Shown piece by piece: positions 14,174 to 23,642 of a stretch of 27,278 bases of DNA (positions are counted from its first letter, which is position 1; each line of letters begins with the position of its first letter). The position numbers and the translations under genes are program-made. Origin of the DNA: a virus (Duplodnaviria > Caudoviricetes); the IMG/VR virus record IMGVR_UViG_3300019784_003551, positions 1-27,278 of that record; one strand, given 5' to 3'. The notes under the pieces were generated by a model. That model had not been told where the DNA came from. It saw only the letters and a program-made list of their open reading frames with translations, and did no database searches.

Positions 14174-14641
14174 ATGAAAACGATACAATTAACACAGGGC
14201 AAGGTCGCGCTAGTAGATGACGAGGATTTTGAGGCGTTGAATCAGTTCAGGTGGTATGCAGATAAGGCTCACGGTAATCGCTTTTACGCTTGTCGCGATG
14301 ACCGTGATGGTGCGAAGCAGACGAAGATTTATATGCACGCCCACATCATTCAGACGCCTCGCAAAATGCACACCGATCACATCAACGGAGAAGGACTCGA
14401 CAACCGACGCGCAAACTTGCGGGTCGCCACACCTTCGCAGAACTTAATGAATCGCGGCAGCAATAAAAACAGCAAGCTCGGCGTTAAGGGAGTGAGTCCT
14501 CATCGAAGAAGATATATGGCGATGATCAAAATTAACGGAAAGTCCAAGTATCTCGGACTCTTCCTCACCATCGAAGCCGCTTCTGCCGCATACCAAGCCG
14601 CTTCACAGCAAGTCCACGGCGAGTTTGCAAAAATCACTTAA
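14174..14641 (+). CDS. HNH-AP2 homing endonuclease
   Basis: MKTIQLTQGKVALVDDEDFE, IYMH...TDHINGEGLDNRRANLR, then AP2 domain GVKGVS...YLGLF...AASAAY...HGEFA. Confidence 0.92.
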   Translation: MKTIQLTQGKVALVDDEDFEALNQFRWYADKAHGNRFYACRDDRDGAKQTKIYMHAHIIQTPRKMHTDHINGEGLDNRRANLRVATPSQNLMNRGSNKNSKLGVKGVSPHRRRYMAMIKINGKSKYLGLFLTIEAASAAYQAASQQVHGEFAKIT

Positions 14642-16809
14642 CGCCCTGCATACCGAGTCTGCTTCGTGTGAGCATCGTATCGCTTTGGCTGTTGTTCGTG
14701 CAAAAAGGTTTCTGGATTAAACGGTTTGGCGGGCATTGGAGGGGAGTAGCCAGATAGACCGTTGCGCGTAGCTATGTGGCAAAGCAGGCAAAAGGCGTCT
14801 GCGTGATCCGGCGAGCGGCGGATACGCTGCTTCATATCGCTTTTCTTTTCAATGGTCATCCTTTTACGATCATCGGTTCCCATTTTCCTAGCGCAAAGCT
14901 GTTTGGAGATATTGCTCTGACTATTAATGCCACCAACGGCCTTGTTTATTACCGCAAGGCGAGCCGTTCCCCAAATCATGCAAACCATGCTGGCGAACAT
15001 TTCACGCGCCTTACGCTTTTCGCCCGGTATCACAATGCGATTCTCTGCGATACCGCTGAATGACACAGCAAGCACATTCAGCGTGTAGTTCTGATTGCGC
15101 GCCTCTCTCTCGATGTGTTGAAGCAGTATCCCGCCGTCGCCCGTCACATCCAGAGCAAGTTCGTGGCATTGCCGCTTCCTGCACTCCACAACGACCATGA
15201 GGGCGATTTGAACCTCGAAAGCCTCACTAGAGCCTTGCTTTGGCACCAGCGCGAAGGCGTCCCGCTCGCAGCCGAGCATCTTCTTGTATTTTCCGTCTAT
15301 GTCGTCCTCATGCTTCCCGCTGCCCAGCTTGCCGAATACGATGACACAGGGATCGCCACCCGCACGAAAGCCAAGGTCAAGGCCAGCGTAGGTTTTCTGC
15401 TCGTTATCCTGCCAGATGATACTCTGAAAAGCACCGCAGTTTTCCATGAGCTTCACGGAGAGAATCTTGTCGGAAACATCCACGGATGGCGGGAACCCGT
15501 AGAACTGCTTCCAATACATCGGCGTATCTTCGCCTCGCGCATCCGCCAGAATCTCCTTTCGGAAGTTCTCATTCATCAACTTCGGGAACGGCGTCTTGCC
15601 CTCCACTTTGAAGTTTGGAGACTTTGCGCCATTGAAATACAGGCAAAGGCCGGATTCAGTCGGCCAGCTTTCCTCTGTGTCCTTGTCCACGGAACGCCAG
15701 CCGTCCGGGTATTTCTCGCCAAACGGCATGGCATCAATATACATCGGGTCGCCCTCTTCCGGCGCATTGCCGAGGCCGATGAACTGCGAGAACGGGTTTG
15801 TGTTCAAGTTCACGCGAGCGGACAGCACGCCAATATCCATAAATGGAAGTTCATCGCAAAGCCAAATCACATTGTCGTTCTTGCGGCCCACGATGGATGC
15901 CATCACGTTTTTTCCCTCCTGACCGGGCTTGATGTTGATGCACTTGATTACGTCCCGGAAATCGCGCTCCTTCACGCCGTCATCATCGCGCACTTCCTCG
16001 TCCAAAGTGATTAAGTGAAGTGAATCAATTCGCTTTCCGATCTTGAACTTGTCCGCTTTGTGCAGGTCTTTTACCGCGCCCCATGTTCTCGATTCGCCAG
16101 CTTCCGCAGAGGTAGTGGACAGGAATACGGAAGTGTTGAACGGGCGCGCTTTCCACATGGTATATCCATAAGCGGCAGATACTTGGGTTTTACCGCTCGA
16201 TCCGCAGCCAAGAAATGTCAGGCGTTTTCCCCAGCAAAAGCCTTTTGCCATTCGGAAAAGCCAGCTATTGAGCACGCCATCATTCTCAAACTTGATGGTG
16301 TCCGGCCATTGTAACTGCCAGCACAGAACCAGAAACTCCCATTTCAGCGGGTGCTTGTGCGGCAGCGAGCCGAAGGTGGACAGGATGATCTCGTAAGGCT
16401 TGGCTGCGCGCCCTTCTTTCTGCTTAATCTTTGAGGCCAGAGCTTCCCATTGCTTCTGGTAGAGCAATTCAGCGGCGGCAGAGGGCGTCCAGAGCGTTGT
16501 GATACAGGGCAACGGCTCATACTCATCCTCCGCAGGCTCATCAGGTGCCTCGTCCTGCTCGCGTCCTTCATCTTCGCGGGGCGCAGGGGCGTAACGCTCC
16601 GGGGCGTCCCTTGTGGTGTCCTTTTCTGGGTAAGGGGCAAACTTGCCCTGCGCGGCCCGCCTTGCCGCTTTCTTTGCGGCAGCGAGCTTGATCTTGCGAT
16701 TCTTTTTCTTCCTTTCGCGCCCGGCTTTTCGGCACGCCAATTTCCTGTCTTTTATCCTTTGCTTCTCAGCAAGCCACTGAACGCTACCCGGTCTAAAATT
16801 GGACTTCAT
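14638..16809 (-). CDS. terL: Terminase large subunit
   Basis: Walker A GCGSSGKT, Walker B IWLCDE, coupling motif GLGN, nuclease AGLDLG...GDPC and RSPDHADA. Confidence 0.9.
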   Translation of the reverse strand: MKSNFRPGSVQWLAEKQRIKDRKLACRKAGRERKKKNRKIKLAAAKKAARRAAQGKFAPYPEKDTTRDAPERYAPAPREDEGREQDEAPDEPAEDEYEPLPCITTLWTPSAAAELLYQKQWEALASKIKQKEGRAAKPYEIILSTFGSLPHKHPLKWEFLVLCWQLQWPDTIKFENDGVLNSWLFRMAKGFCWGKRLTFLGCGSSGKTQVSAAYGYTMWKARPFNTSVFLSTTSAEAGESRTWGAVKDLHKADKFKIGKRIDSLHLITLDEEVRDDDGVKERDFRDVIKCINIKPGQEGKNVMASIVGRKNDNVIWLCDELPFMDIGVLSARVNLNTNPFSQFIGLGNAPEEGDPMYIDAMPFGEKYPDGWRSVDKDTEESWPTESGLCLYFNGAKSPNFKVEGKTPFPKLMNENFRKEILADARGEDTPMYWKQFYGFPPSVDVSDKILSVKLMENCGAFQSIIWQDNEQKTYAGLDLGFRAGGDPCVIVFGKLGSGKHEDDIDGKYKKMLGCERDAFALVPKQGSSEAFEVQIALMVVVECRKRQCHELALDVTGDGGILLQHIEREARNQNYTLNVLAVSFSGIAENRIVIPGEKRKAREMFASMVCMIWGTARLAVINKAVGGINSQSNISKQLCARKMGTDDRKRMTIEKKSDMKQRIRRSPDHADAFCLLCHIATRNGLSGYSPPMPAKPFNPETFLHEQQPKRYDAHTKQTRYAGR

Positions 16810-17633
16810 GCGACCGCCGCGTGCTTCTTCCTGTAAAGCGCGTGTGCAATCGTGAGCCGGTGCATCCCGTTTGGATTGATGCCGAGGCGAATGGCTTCTT
16901 GTCCCATGCCTTCAACGCCCATTGCGAGAATGGCCTTGAACTCAGCGGTGGATGTTACAAGGCCAGATGCGGATTTCTTTTGGGGCGATACGGGAGCTTT
17001 CGTGGACGGCGCTGGCGCGGGCGCAGGAGCAGGAGCGGCAACTGGCGCAGGCACTGGCGCGGCGGCAACTGAAGGCGGTGCAGGCTGTGCTTTCACCGTC
17101 TCCTTCACGGGCTGTGCTGCCTTCGACATTCCCACAAAGCTGGATGCCCAAGCCACGGAGAACGACCCCGGCGTGAACGGAGCAAACCAAACTGATTTCA
17201 TGCTATTGAGCAGTTCGATCCAGTTAGAGGGTTCGTAGTGGTCAGATAGTTGAGTGATCTTGATATTCTGGCACGGCTTACTATCAATGAAGGCGTTGAA
17301 GATGCGGGAGTAGGCGGCGTCCTGATCTTCCTTGGACAACCGCTTGTAGGCGGACTTTACGCTTTCGGCCTTGTCCAAAATTGCCCCATCGAGCTTGAGC
17401 TTGTAGGCAGCAGCCCCGGCGAAGTCGAGACGGTTCGCGCAATCCTTCATCGCGCCTTCAATGTCACGAATGGCAATGTCGTGCTCGCGGGATGCGGTGG
17501 CAGTATCGGTGAGAATGGCCGGACTGAACAAGAGCCAGACGCCCTCGGTGCCGAGTTTCTTGATTTCAGACGAGGCGGCGGGAAGCGCGGCAACGTCTGC
17601 TTGATTTTGAACGAGTAAGATAATTTGTTTCAT
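16806..17633 (-). CDS. Hypothetical protein with UVR-like helical hairpin and Pro/Ala linker
   Basis: Start MKQIILL; IEGAMKDCANRLDFAGAAAYK resembles the UvrB/UvrC motif; APAPAP linker; ATGA-coupled to terL. Confidence 0.7.
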   Translation of the reverse strand: MKQIILLVQNQADVAALPAASSEIKKLGTEGVWLLFSPAILTDTATASREHDIAIRDIEGAMKDCANRLDFAGAAAYKLKLDGAILDKAESVKSAYKRLSKEDQDAAYSRIFNAFIDSKPCQNIKITQLSDHYEPSNWIELLNSMKSVWFAPFTPGSFSVAWASSFVGMSKAAQPVKETVKAQPAPPSVAAAPVPAPVAAPAPAPAPAPSTKAPVSPQKKSASGLVTSTAEFKAILAMGVEGMGQEAIRLGINPNGMHRLTIAHALYRKKHAAVA

Positions 17634-17715
17634 CGGCGTTGAAAATATGCACGATGAAAATTTAGGTAAAGAAAAGATTGACGTGCATTGAATGAATGTG
17701 TTATTTGCTAAATCC

Positions 17716-18087
17716 ATGAACGAAGCATCCGAAAAACTCATCCGCGAACTTGCGGAAAAACTAGGAACAACCGCTGAACACCTATGGGGCGTCTTGATAC
17801 GCCAAGCCGCAATCAGCGGAATCACCAACCTGTTTGTCTGCGCCGCGTGGTGCGCGCTGCTTATTTGGGCATACAAGCTCGTGTGTCGAAAAACCACTGT
17901 TCCGATGAAAACCGAAGAAAATCAATACCCATACTCCGAGTGGAACCAAGAAGGAGGGGCGTTGGCATGGTTAGTTTTGGGAATCACAGTCGCAATTACG
18001 ATTGGCGCCATTGGCCTTAACCTTGAGTATATTGTTGGTGCTCTCGCAAATCCTGAATACTGGGCGCTCAAGCAAATAGTGCGATAG
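17716..18087 (+). CDS. Conserved phage two-TM membrane protein
   Basis: LAEKLGTTAEHLWGVLIRQA, two hydrophobic helices, C-terminal NPEYWALKQI. Confidence 0.8.
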   Translation: MNEASEKLIRELAEKLGTTAEHLWGVLIRQAAISGITNLFVCAAWCALLIWAYKLVCRKTTVPMKTEENQYPYSEWNQEGGALAWLVLGITVAITIGAIGLNLEYIVGALANPEYWALKQIVR

Positions 18088-18094
18088 AATTTCG

Positions 18095-18328
18095 ATGAGC
18101 AAGCTTCCAGCATATTCAGAAAAGCCGATGCCAGATGCCGCGCCGATTACTTCTTTCGGCGAGATAATCAATGCGCGTGAAGCAATTCGGAATTGTCAGC
18201 CGGGGTTTTCGTTCACGGTGGACACGGGCAATCATCGCCAGCGCATCATCGGGTTTGCCCACCGACTAGGAATAGAAGTTCGCACGAAGAAAAATGACGC
18301 GGGTAGGTATGACATTTGGCGGATATGA
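18095..18328 (+). CDS. Small hypothetical protein, possibly DNA-binding
   Basis: 77 aa, ends GRYDIWRI, ATGA-coupled to next gene. Confidence 0.65.
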   Translation: MSKLPAYSEKPMPDAAPITSFGEIINAREAIRNCQPGFSFTVDTGNHRQRIIGFAHRLGIEVRTKKNDAGRYDIWRI

Positions 18329-19128
18329 AAAACATCTGGACGCACAACAAATTCCATCTTGGCGATAGCATGATCTCGCTGCACTTGCTTCGTGCGCTGG
18401 CTAAGCGGAACGAAGGAATCGTGTTAAACTTTTTCACCAACGCCTGCAATATCCCGCAGCTTGCGGCGATGGTTGAAGATGTCGCCAACATCCAGCTACA
18501 CGATTTCGAGTCTGCGCTTTGGAAGGGGCATCGGGCCGAATCATGCGATATGTGGAAAAACCACGCGGACTTTTGGGTGAAGTCTGCGAATCGCTGGAAT
18601 TGGAGCGCGTTTCACTTGGAGCACGCGGCATGGACAACGCATCGCCTTGGACTTGGTGAATCTCCATTTACTATTCGTGAGCATTTACTATTCGACTATC
18701 CCGCGCTGGAAACCGCTGCGATTAGTGATGAGAAATACGCCTTCCTTTTGGTAAATTCAGAACCGCACAGTGGGCAGTTTGCGCCGATGGCAAAGCATGG
18801 CAGCGGCTATCTGAACAGCTTCATCCGGCAACTCGCCAAGGATCACAGCGTCATCACGACTGAGAAAGTGGACGACCTGCCATGCACGCGGGACTGCGGC
18901 TACTTGCTGACACAGATCGGCGCGCTTTCCACTCGCTGCGCGCATCACATCATGATCGCAACGGGGCCGATGTGGCCGACACTGAACACGCACAACCATC
19001 ATCGCGGAAATTCCTGCAAGCGGATTGTGCTTTTGGACACGGAGGAAAGAATCAGGATGCCGTTTATCGAACAGTGCGCGAGTGAACATCATCTGTTTGA
19101 AATTGCAGGAAGAGAGGGATGGCTATGA
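18325..19128 (+). CDS. Putative GT-B glycosyltransferase (GT9-like)
   Basis: N-terminal FHLGD motif, late IGALS...IATGP segment, position in the glycan cluster. Confidence 0.5.
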   Translation: MKNIWTHNKFHLGDSMISLHLLRALAKRNEGIVLNFFTNACNIPQLAAMVEDVANIQLHDFESALWKGHRAESCDMWKNHADFWVKSANRWNWSAFHLEHAAWTTHRLGLGESPFTIREHLLFDYPALETAAISDEKYAFLLVNSEPHSGQFAPMAKHGSGYLNSFIRQLAKDHSVITTEKVDDLPCTRDCGYLLTQIGALSTRCAHHIMIATGPMWPTLNTHNHHRGNSCKRIVLLDTEERIRMPFIEQCASEHHLFEIAGREGWL

Positions 19129-19655
19129 CCTACAAAAAAGCACTCATCGCCGCAATGACGCAGTTCAACGCCGATCCGCTGGCTCGCATCGTTGGCTATG
19201 GCTTGCGCGACGGCAAAGGCGGCAACGGAACGCTCAAGATGTTCTCGAATGAAAAGACTGTTGAGGTTACTGTTGCAGAGAACTTGATGATGGGCATCGG
19301 CATGGGACTGGCAATGGCTGGCTTGCGCCCGCTGGTGTTCTTGGAAAGAATGGATTTCATCGGCAACTGCTTCGATGCGCTGGTCAACCACGTTGACAAG
19401 GCCAAGCAGATTAGCCGTGGCGAGTGGAATCCATGCGTCATCGTGCGCGTGGTTGTCGGCAACAAAACGAAGCCGCTGTTCACGGGGCCAACCCACGTTC
19501 AGGATATGTCAGAAGCCTTTCGTAAGATTCTCAGGATGCCAGTGTATCGCGTGACTACGCCGGGCGAAGTTGAGGCCGCATATCACGTCGCCATGCACGA
19601 TCAGCGCGAGGGAATCGGAAGCTCGATGGTGGTCGAGAGCAAAGACCTACTCTAA
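19119..19655 (+). CDS. Transketolase/PDH E1-beta-like pyrimidine-binding domain protein
   Basis: VAENLMMGIGMGLAMAGLRP...RMDF...LVNH...GPTHVQD; lacks the E1-beta C-terminal domain. Confidence 0.85.
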   Translation: MAMTYKKALIAAMTQFNADPLARIVGYGLRDGKGGNGTLKMFSNEKTVEVTVAENLMMGIGMGLAMAGLRPLVFLERMDFIGNCFDALVNHVDKAKQISRGEWNPCVIVRVVVGNKTKPLFTGPTHVQDMSEAFRKILRMPVYRVTTPGEVEAAYHVAMHDQREGIGSSMVVESKDLL

Positions 19656-19658
19656 AAT

Positions 19659-20702
19659 ATGCACAAAGCCGCAATCCTAACACAAATCAACGCCCCGCTG
19701 GAAATATGGGAATTGGAGCACTGCGCTACGTCTTTCGAGAAAACGTGCGGGCCGGGACAGGTGCGCGTTTCCATGAATCTCAGCGGCATCTGCGGGGCGC
19801 AACTCATGGAGATTTCAGGCACAAAGAATCCAGAGGCACCAGTGCCGCGTCTCATAGGGCACGAAGGCAGCGGTATCGTGCGCGAAGTGGGCGCGGGAGT
19901 CAGCGTGCAGATGCTTGGCAAGAAAGTCGTCTGCCACTGGCGGAAGGGAGACGGCGCGGAAGCCTTCATGCCAGCGCGATACGACACCAAAGACGGAAAC
20001 ACAGTTGGCGGCGGTCACATCACGACACTCACGGAATCCGCCGTAATCAGCCGGAATCGTGTTACCGAGGTTGATGACGATGTTCCTGACGAACTATGCG
20101 CCCTACTCGGTTGCGGACTCAGCACGGCCCTTGGCACGATTGAGCAGGAAGCCAAGTTGAAGTTTGGCGAGAGCATCCTGATTATTGGATGCGGCGGGGT
20201 GGGGACGAATCTCATTCAGGCCGCAAAACTAGCGTGTGCTTATCCGATCATGGCGTGTGATGTGAATGATGACAAGCGGGAGGCGGCAATGAAAAGCGGA
20301 GCCACGCGATATGTTAATATAAACAAAAGTTCAGTGCATCTTAATCTAAAGTATGATGTGATAGTTGATACCACGGGAAACATCGAGGCGATAGAGACTG
20401 GCATACGCAGACTTGCTGGCGGTGGCAGGTTTATCATGGTAGGGCAACCAAAGCCGGATGAGTCGTTCAGGGTGCTATCCGCACTCGATATGTTTTGTGG
20501 CGAGGGCAAGACAATCATCGCCACGCAGGGCGGCGGCTTCCGTCCGCATCTGGATATTCCGCGCTACGTGAACCTGTGGCGCGCTGGCAGGCTCGATTTG
20601 AAAAGCATCGTCTCGCACACAATCGGCTTGGCAGAAATTAACGATGGCATTGACCTTGTGCGAAAGGGACTGGCCGGAAGGGTAATGGTAAAAATGAAAT
20701 GA
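19659..20702 (+). CDS. Zn-dependent medium-chain dehydrogenase/reductase
   Basis: SGICGAQ, GHEGSGIV, LGCGLSTA, GCGGVG Rossmann motif. Confidence 0.92.
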   Translation: MHKAAILTQINAPLEIWELEHCATSFEKTCGPGQVRVSMNLSGICGAQLMEISGTKNPEAPVPRLIGHEGSGIVREVGAGVSVQMLGKKVVCHWRKGDGAEAFMPARYDTKDGNTVGGGHITTLTESAVISRNRVTEVDDDVPDELCALLGCGLSTALGTIEQEAKLKFGESILIIGCGGVGTNLIQAAKLACAYPIMACDVNDDKREAAMKSGATRYVNINKSSVHLNLKYDVIVDTTGNIEAIETGIRRLAGGGRFIMVGQPKPDESFRVLSALDMFCGEGKTIIATQGGGFRPHLDIPRYVNLWRAGRLDLKSIVSHTIGLAEINDGIDLVRKGLAGRVMVKMK

Positions 20703-20953
20703 AACGCTATTATTACAAACTCAGGATTGCAAAATACATCAGGGCATACGGGTGCATAAGATGCTCGGCGGACATTTCAAAAATGTTCACAGAAGCACAA
20801 CACTTGATAAGCCGGGTATTCGACAATCTGAATGGAATGAGGGGAGTATTCAGCGACATGATTCCGGGCACGTTTCCCGAAAACTCTGGATTTTGTTCTC
20901 GAATTACAACCGTTTCAGGAACACTGGCAGATCGCGGCATTGATTTGACATGA
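20699..20953 (+). CDS. Hypothetical protein
   Basis: 84 aa, ATGA-coupled at both ends. Confidence 0.5.
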   Translation: MKRYYYKLRIAKYIRAYGCIRCSADISKMFTEAQHLISRVFDNLNGMRGVFSDMIPGTFPENSGFCSRITTVSGTLADRGIDLT

Positions 20954-21585
20954 ATCTTCACACGAAAGAATCCCTGATCGCCTTCGAGCTTCGCATGAAG
21001 AAATTATGGGAAGATGGCGAACTGCCGTCTCTCTTGCATTTCAGCGGCGGAAACGAGGATCAGCTAATCGAGATTTTCCAGCGCATCCAGCCAGAGGATT
21101 ACATCTTCACAAGTCACCGTTCGCATTATCACAATTTACTGAAAGGCATGAGTGAAGGGGAGCTTGAGTCTCACATCCGCGAGGATCGTTCGATGTTCGT
21201 GTTCAGCAAGAAACTACGCATCTACCAGAGCGCGATTCTCGGCGGTTGCTGTGGCATCGCGGCGGGCGTTGCGAAGGCGATTAAGGACGCGGGAGGCAAG
21301 GAGCGTGTTTGGTGCTTCCTCGGTGATGGCGCATACGAAAATGGGCATCTATTCGAGGCCGCGCTTTACGTCACGGGGCACGAACTGCCATGCACCTACA
21401 TTGTGGAGAACAATGACAGACAGGTGGACACGCGCATCATTGATAGGCGCGGGCCGAATCATCTTTCGTGCTCGCTTACCGCTCCGTGCATTGAGGAATA
21501 CCACTATCAGCATGACTGGCCTCACGCCGGAAGCGGCTGTAAGAATCAGATCACTTTCAAACGAACACACTCTTTGACTCCATGA
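20950..21585 (+). CDS. TPP-dependent PDH E1-alpha-like protein
   Basis: HFSGGNE, SHRSHYH, TPP motif GDGA...ENN. Confidence 0.88.
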   Translation: MNLHTKESLIAFELRMKKLWEDGELPSLLHFSGGNEDQLIEIFQRIQPEDYIFTSHRSHYHNLLKGMSEGELESHIREDRSMFVFSKKLRIYQSAILGGCCGIAAGVAKAIKDAGGKERVWCFLGDGAYENGHLFEAALYVTGHELPCTYIVENNDRQVDTRIIDRRGPNHLSCSLTAPCIEEYHYQHDWPHAGSGCKNQITFKRTHSLTP

Positions 21586-22436
21586 AAACACTAATTGGAA
21601 TAGTATCCTATGGGAATCTTGAGTTCCTAGAGCTGGCCTTGCGCGGCATCCAAGAAACACTCACCAAGCAGGCGGATATTCTCGTCGTGATTGCGCGCCC
21701 AGACGATACGCAGATGCAGGCGTTTCTTAACGAGCGCGGTATCCGATACATTCAGAATCACGCGAACATCGGATTTGCTGGCAGCATCAATGACATTTTT
21801 GAAGCGGCATGGGTGAATGGCGATTACGACAACGTGATTATCATGGGCAACGATGTAATCCCGTATCCTCGCGCATTGGACAGCATGATTGAGTGTGCCG
21901 AGACAACCGATTGGGAGTGGATTTGCGCCTCGCAATTTGATTCCAAGGCACTTGTCGAGCGGTATCCAGAGGTTCGCCAATACTTCCAAGGCGACGGGCT
22001 GGTATTTACCGATTTCAGCGCAAGACCGTGGGAACTTCACAAGGACTTTCACGCAGACAACATCGAACCAGATTCACTAAAAGACGTTCGCAATCTCGCG
22101 CTTTTCAAACGTAGCGTGTTTGAAAAAATCGGCTACGCGGATGTGAACTTCTGGCCCAATGGCTATTTCGAGGATAACGATGCTGCGCGAAGGGCGAACA
22201 TTGCAGGAGTAAAGTCATGCGGGCTGAGCCACGCGGCCTACTTTCACTTTTGGAGCCGGACAATTCATCAGGGCGAAGATCGGGGGCACGCAAAGTATTT
22301 CATCCGAAACATGGATTACTACAAACTGAAATGGGGCGGAGCAGTTGGAAGCGAGAGCGCATCGCCCGTTACGTCGCTAAAGATTCCATCGCGTGAAGGC
22401 GAAGAGCAAACGATCAATTATTGGAGACAAAAATGA
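21582..22436 (+). CDS. GT2 family glycosyltransferase
   Basis: IGIVSY, NIGFAGSIN, MGNDV, FEKIGYAD...YFEDND, HFWSRT. Confidence 0.88.
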   Translation: MKTLIGIVSYGNLEFLELALRGIQETLTKQADILVVIARPDDTQMQAFLNERGIRYIQNHANIGFAGSINDIFEAAWVNGDYDNVIIMGNDVIPYPRALDSMIECAETTDWEWICASQFDSKALVERYPEVRQYFQGDGLVFTDFSARPWELHKDFHADNIEPDSLKDVRNLALFKRSVFEKIGYADVNFWPNGYFEDNDAARRANIAGVKSCGLSHAAYFHFWSRTIHQGEDRGHAKYFIRNMDYYKLKWGGAVGSESASPVTSLKIPSREGEEQTINYWRQK

Positions 22437-23059
22437 GCGTTCCTCGCATAATCTCCCAAATCTGGATCGGCAACAATCCCATCCCTGAGCGCGAAGCCGC
22501 TTGGTGCAAAGCGATGGCTGCGATGAATCCGACTTGGGAAACCACGTTGCATGGCAATCGCCTGCTCGAAACTTACGGCCAAGACCCCTACATCCGATAT
22601 ATGCTATCGAAAGGCGAGCGCACCGCCTTCATCACGGATCGCTTACGCGTGCTGCTGCTACAAGAGCACGGTGGCCTCTACGTGGACGCCGACGCGGAGC
22701 CGGTGAATCCCTTCGATTCGCTGCCGATTTGGGACAAGTTTGATTTTGTGGCAGGGATGCGCTCGCCATTCCGCAAGGATGTGGCACTCCATCGCGCCGT
22801 GCCGATTATTGATAACACTTTTATGGCATCCGCTAAGAACGGGCGCATGATCGGCATCATCGCCGCGCTGTGGACGCCGGGACAGGTCACATCATCGAAT
22901 CACGCGATCAACGGGCACAGAACCGGGCTTGCAATTATCGAGAATTGCGATTACACGACCGCATTACTAAACCAGCGTTACATATATTGTGAGCAGAAAT
23001 ATCCTGAGACGTTGATATTCCACGATGCTCATAATCTAGGCAGTTGGTCATCTAAATAG
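22433..23059 (+). CDS. DXD-motif glycosyltransferase (GT32/OCH1-like)
   Basis: VPRIISQIWIG, TDRLRVLLLQEHGGLYVDAD, NTFMAS. Confidence 0.88.
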   Translation: MSVPRIISQIWIGNNPIPEREAAWCKAMAAMNPTWETTLHGNRLLETYGQDPYIRYMLSKGERTAFITDRLRVLLLQEHGGLYVDADAEPVNPFDSLPIWDKFDFVAGMRSPFRKDVALHRAVPIIDNTFMASAKNGRMIGIIAALWTPGQVTSSNHAINGHRTGLAIIENCDYTTALLNQRYIYCEQKYPETLIFHDAHNLGSWSSK

Positions 23060-23061
23060 CT

Positions 23062-23355
23062 ATGGCGCGCATCAAAAACAGATCAATGGTTCCTTCAACG
23101 CCCGTTCAATGGCGTTCCGGGAATAAGCACATGGTAGAGTGGCGCACCGCTCACGAACCATTTAGTCAATGGGTTTCAAAGGTGCAAACGTATTGCAGCG
23201 CGAACGGACTCACGGCACCGACTGAGGATGAACTGGATGAAATCGCCTGCGAACAATTCCCGCGCTTTGTTTGCACTGGCAACACGCACTTTCACGCGCC
23301 AGCAATGCGAAGGAGCACGGGCGGCTGTTCTTCGTGCGGAGGGAGGAAAAAATGA
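23062..23355 (+). CDS. Hypothetical protein with C-terminal CSSCGG
   Basis: 97 aa, Cys-containing, coupled to next gene. Confidence 0.65.
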   Translation: MARIKNRSMVPSTPVQWRSGNKHMVEWRTAHEPFSQWVSKVQTYCSANGLTAPTEDELDEIACEQFPRFVCTGNTHFHAPAMRRSTGGCSSCGGRKK

Positions 23356-23642
23356 ACTTCTTTGAACAACTAATTATCGGTGTCCTTTTCATTTCCGGGC
23401 TGTGGGCAGCGTGCGCTGAGGGTATGATATTCGGTGAACTAGCGGACATGGCGGAAAAGCTACTGCCGCGCGAGCTATGCAAACCGCTGTTCGTTTGCCC
23501 GGCGTGTATGTCGAGCATTTGGGGCACGGCAATCTGGTTTTATACAGGCGGAACACTTCACGGGTGGCCGCTCTACATTTTCGCCCTATGCGGGGCAATG
23601 CACTTAGTTTCCATCCATCTTCTACAAAAAAATGAGCGATAA
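23352..23642 (+). CDS. Membrane protein with CPxCM motif (DUF1360-like)
   Basis: KPLFVCPACMSSIWG flanked by hydrophobic helices. Confidence 0.7.
   Translation: MNFFEQLIIGVLFISGLWAACAEGMIFGELADMAEKLLPRELCKPLFVCPACMSSIWGTAIWFYTGGTLHGWPLYIFALCGAMHLVSIHLLQKNER

Noticed and set aside
15115-16014. Long antisense ORFs (e.g. 15115..16014, 25009..25959, 76..699)
   Set aside because: Shadows of well-supported genes on the opposite strand with no motifs of their own.
19119-21585. Pyruvate dehydrogenase auxiliary metabolic genes
   Set aside because: Subunits are truncated, E2/E3 are absent from the window and the neighbours are glycosyltransferases.
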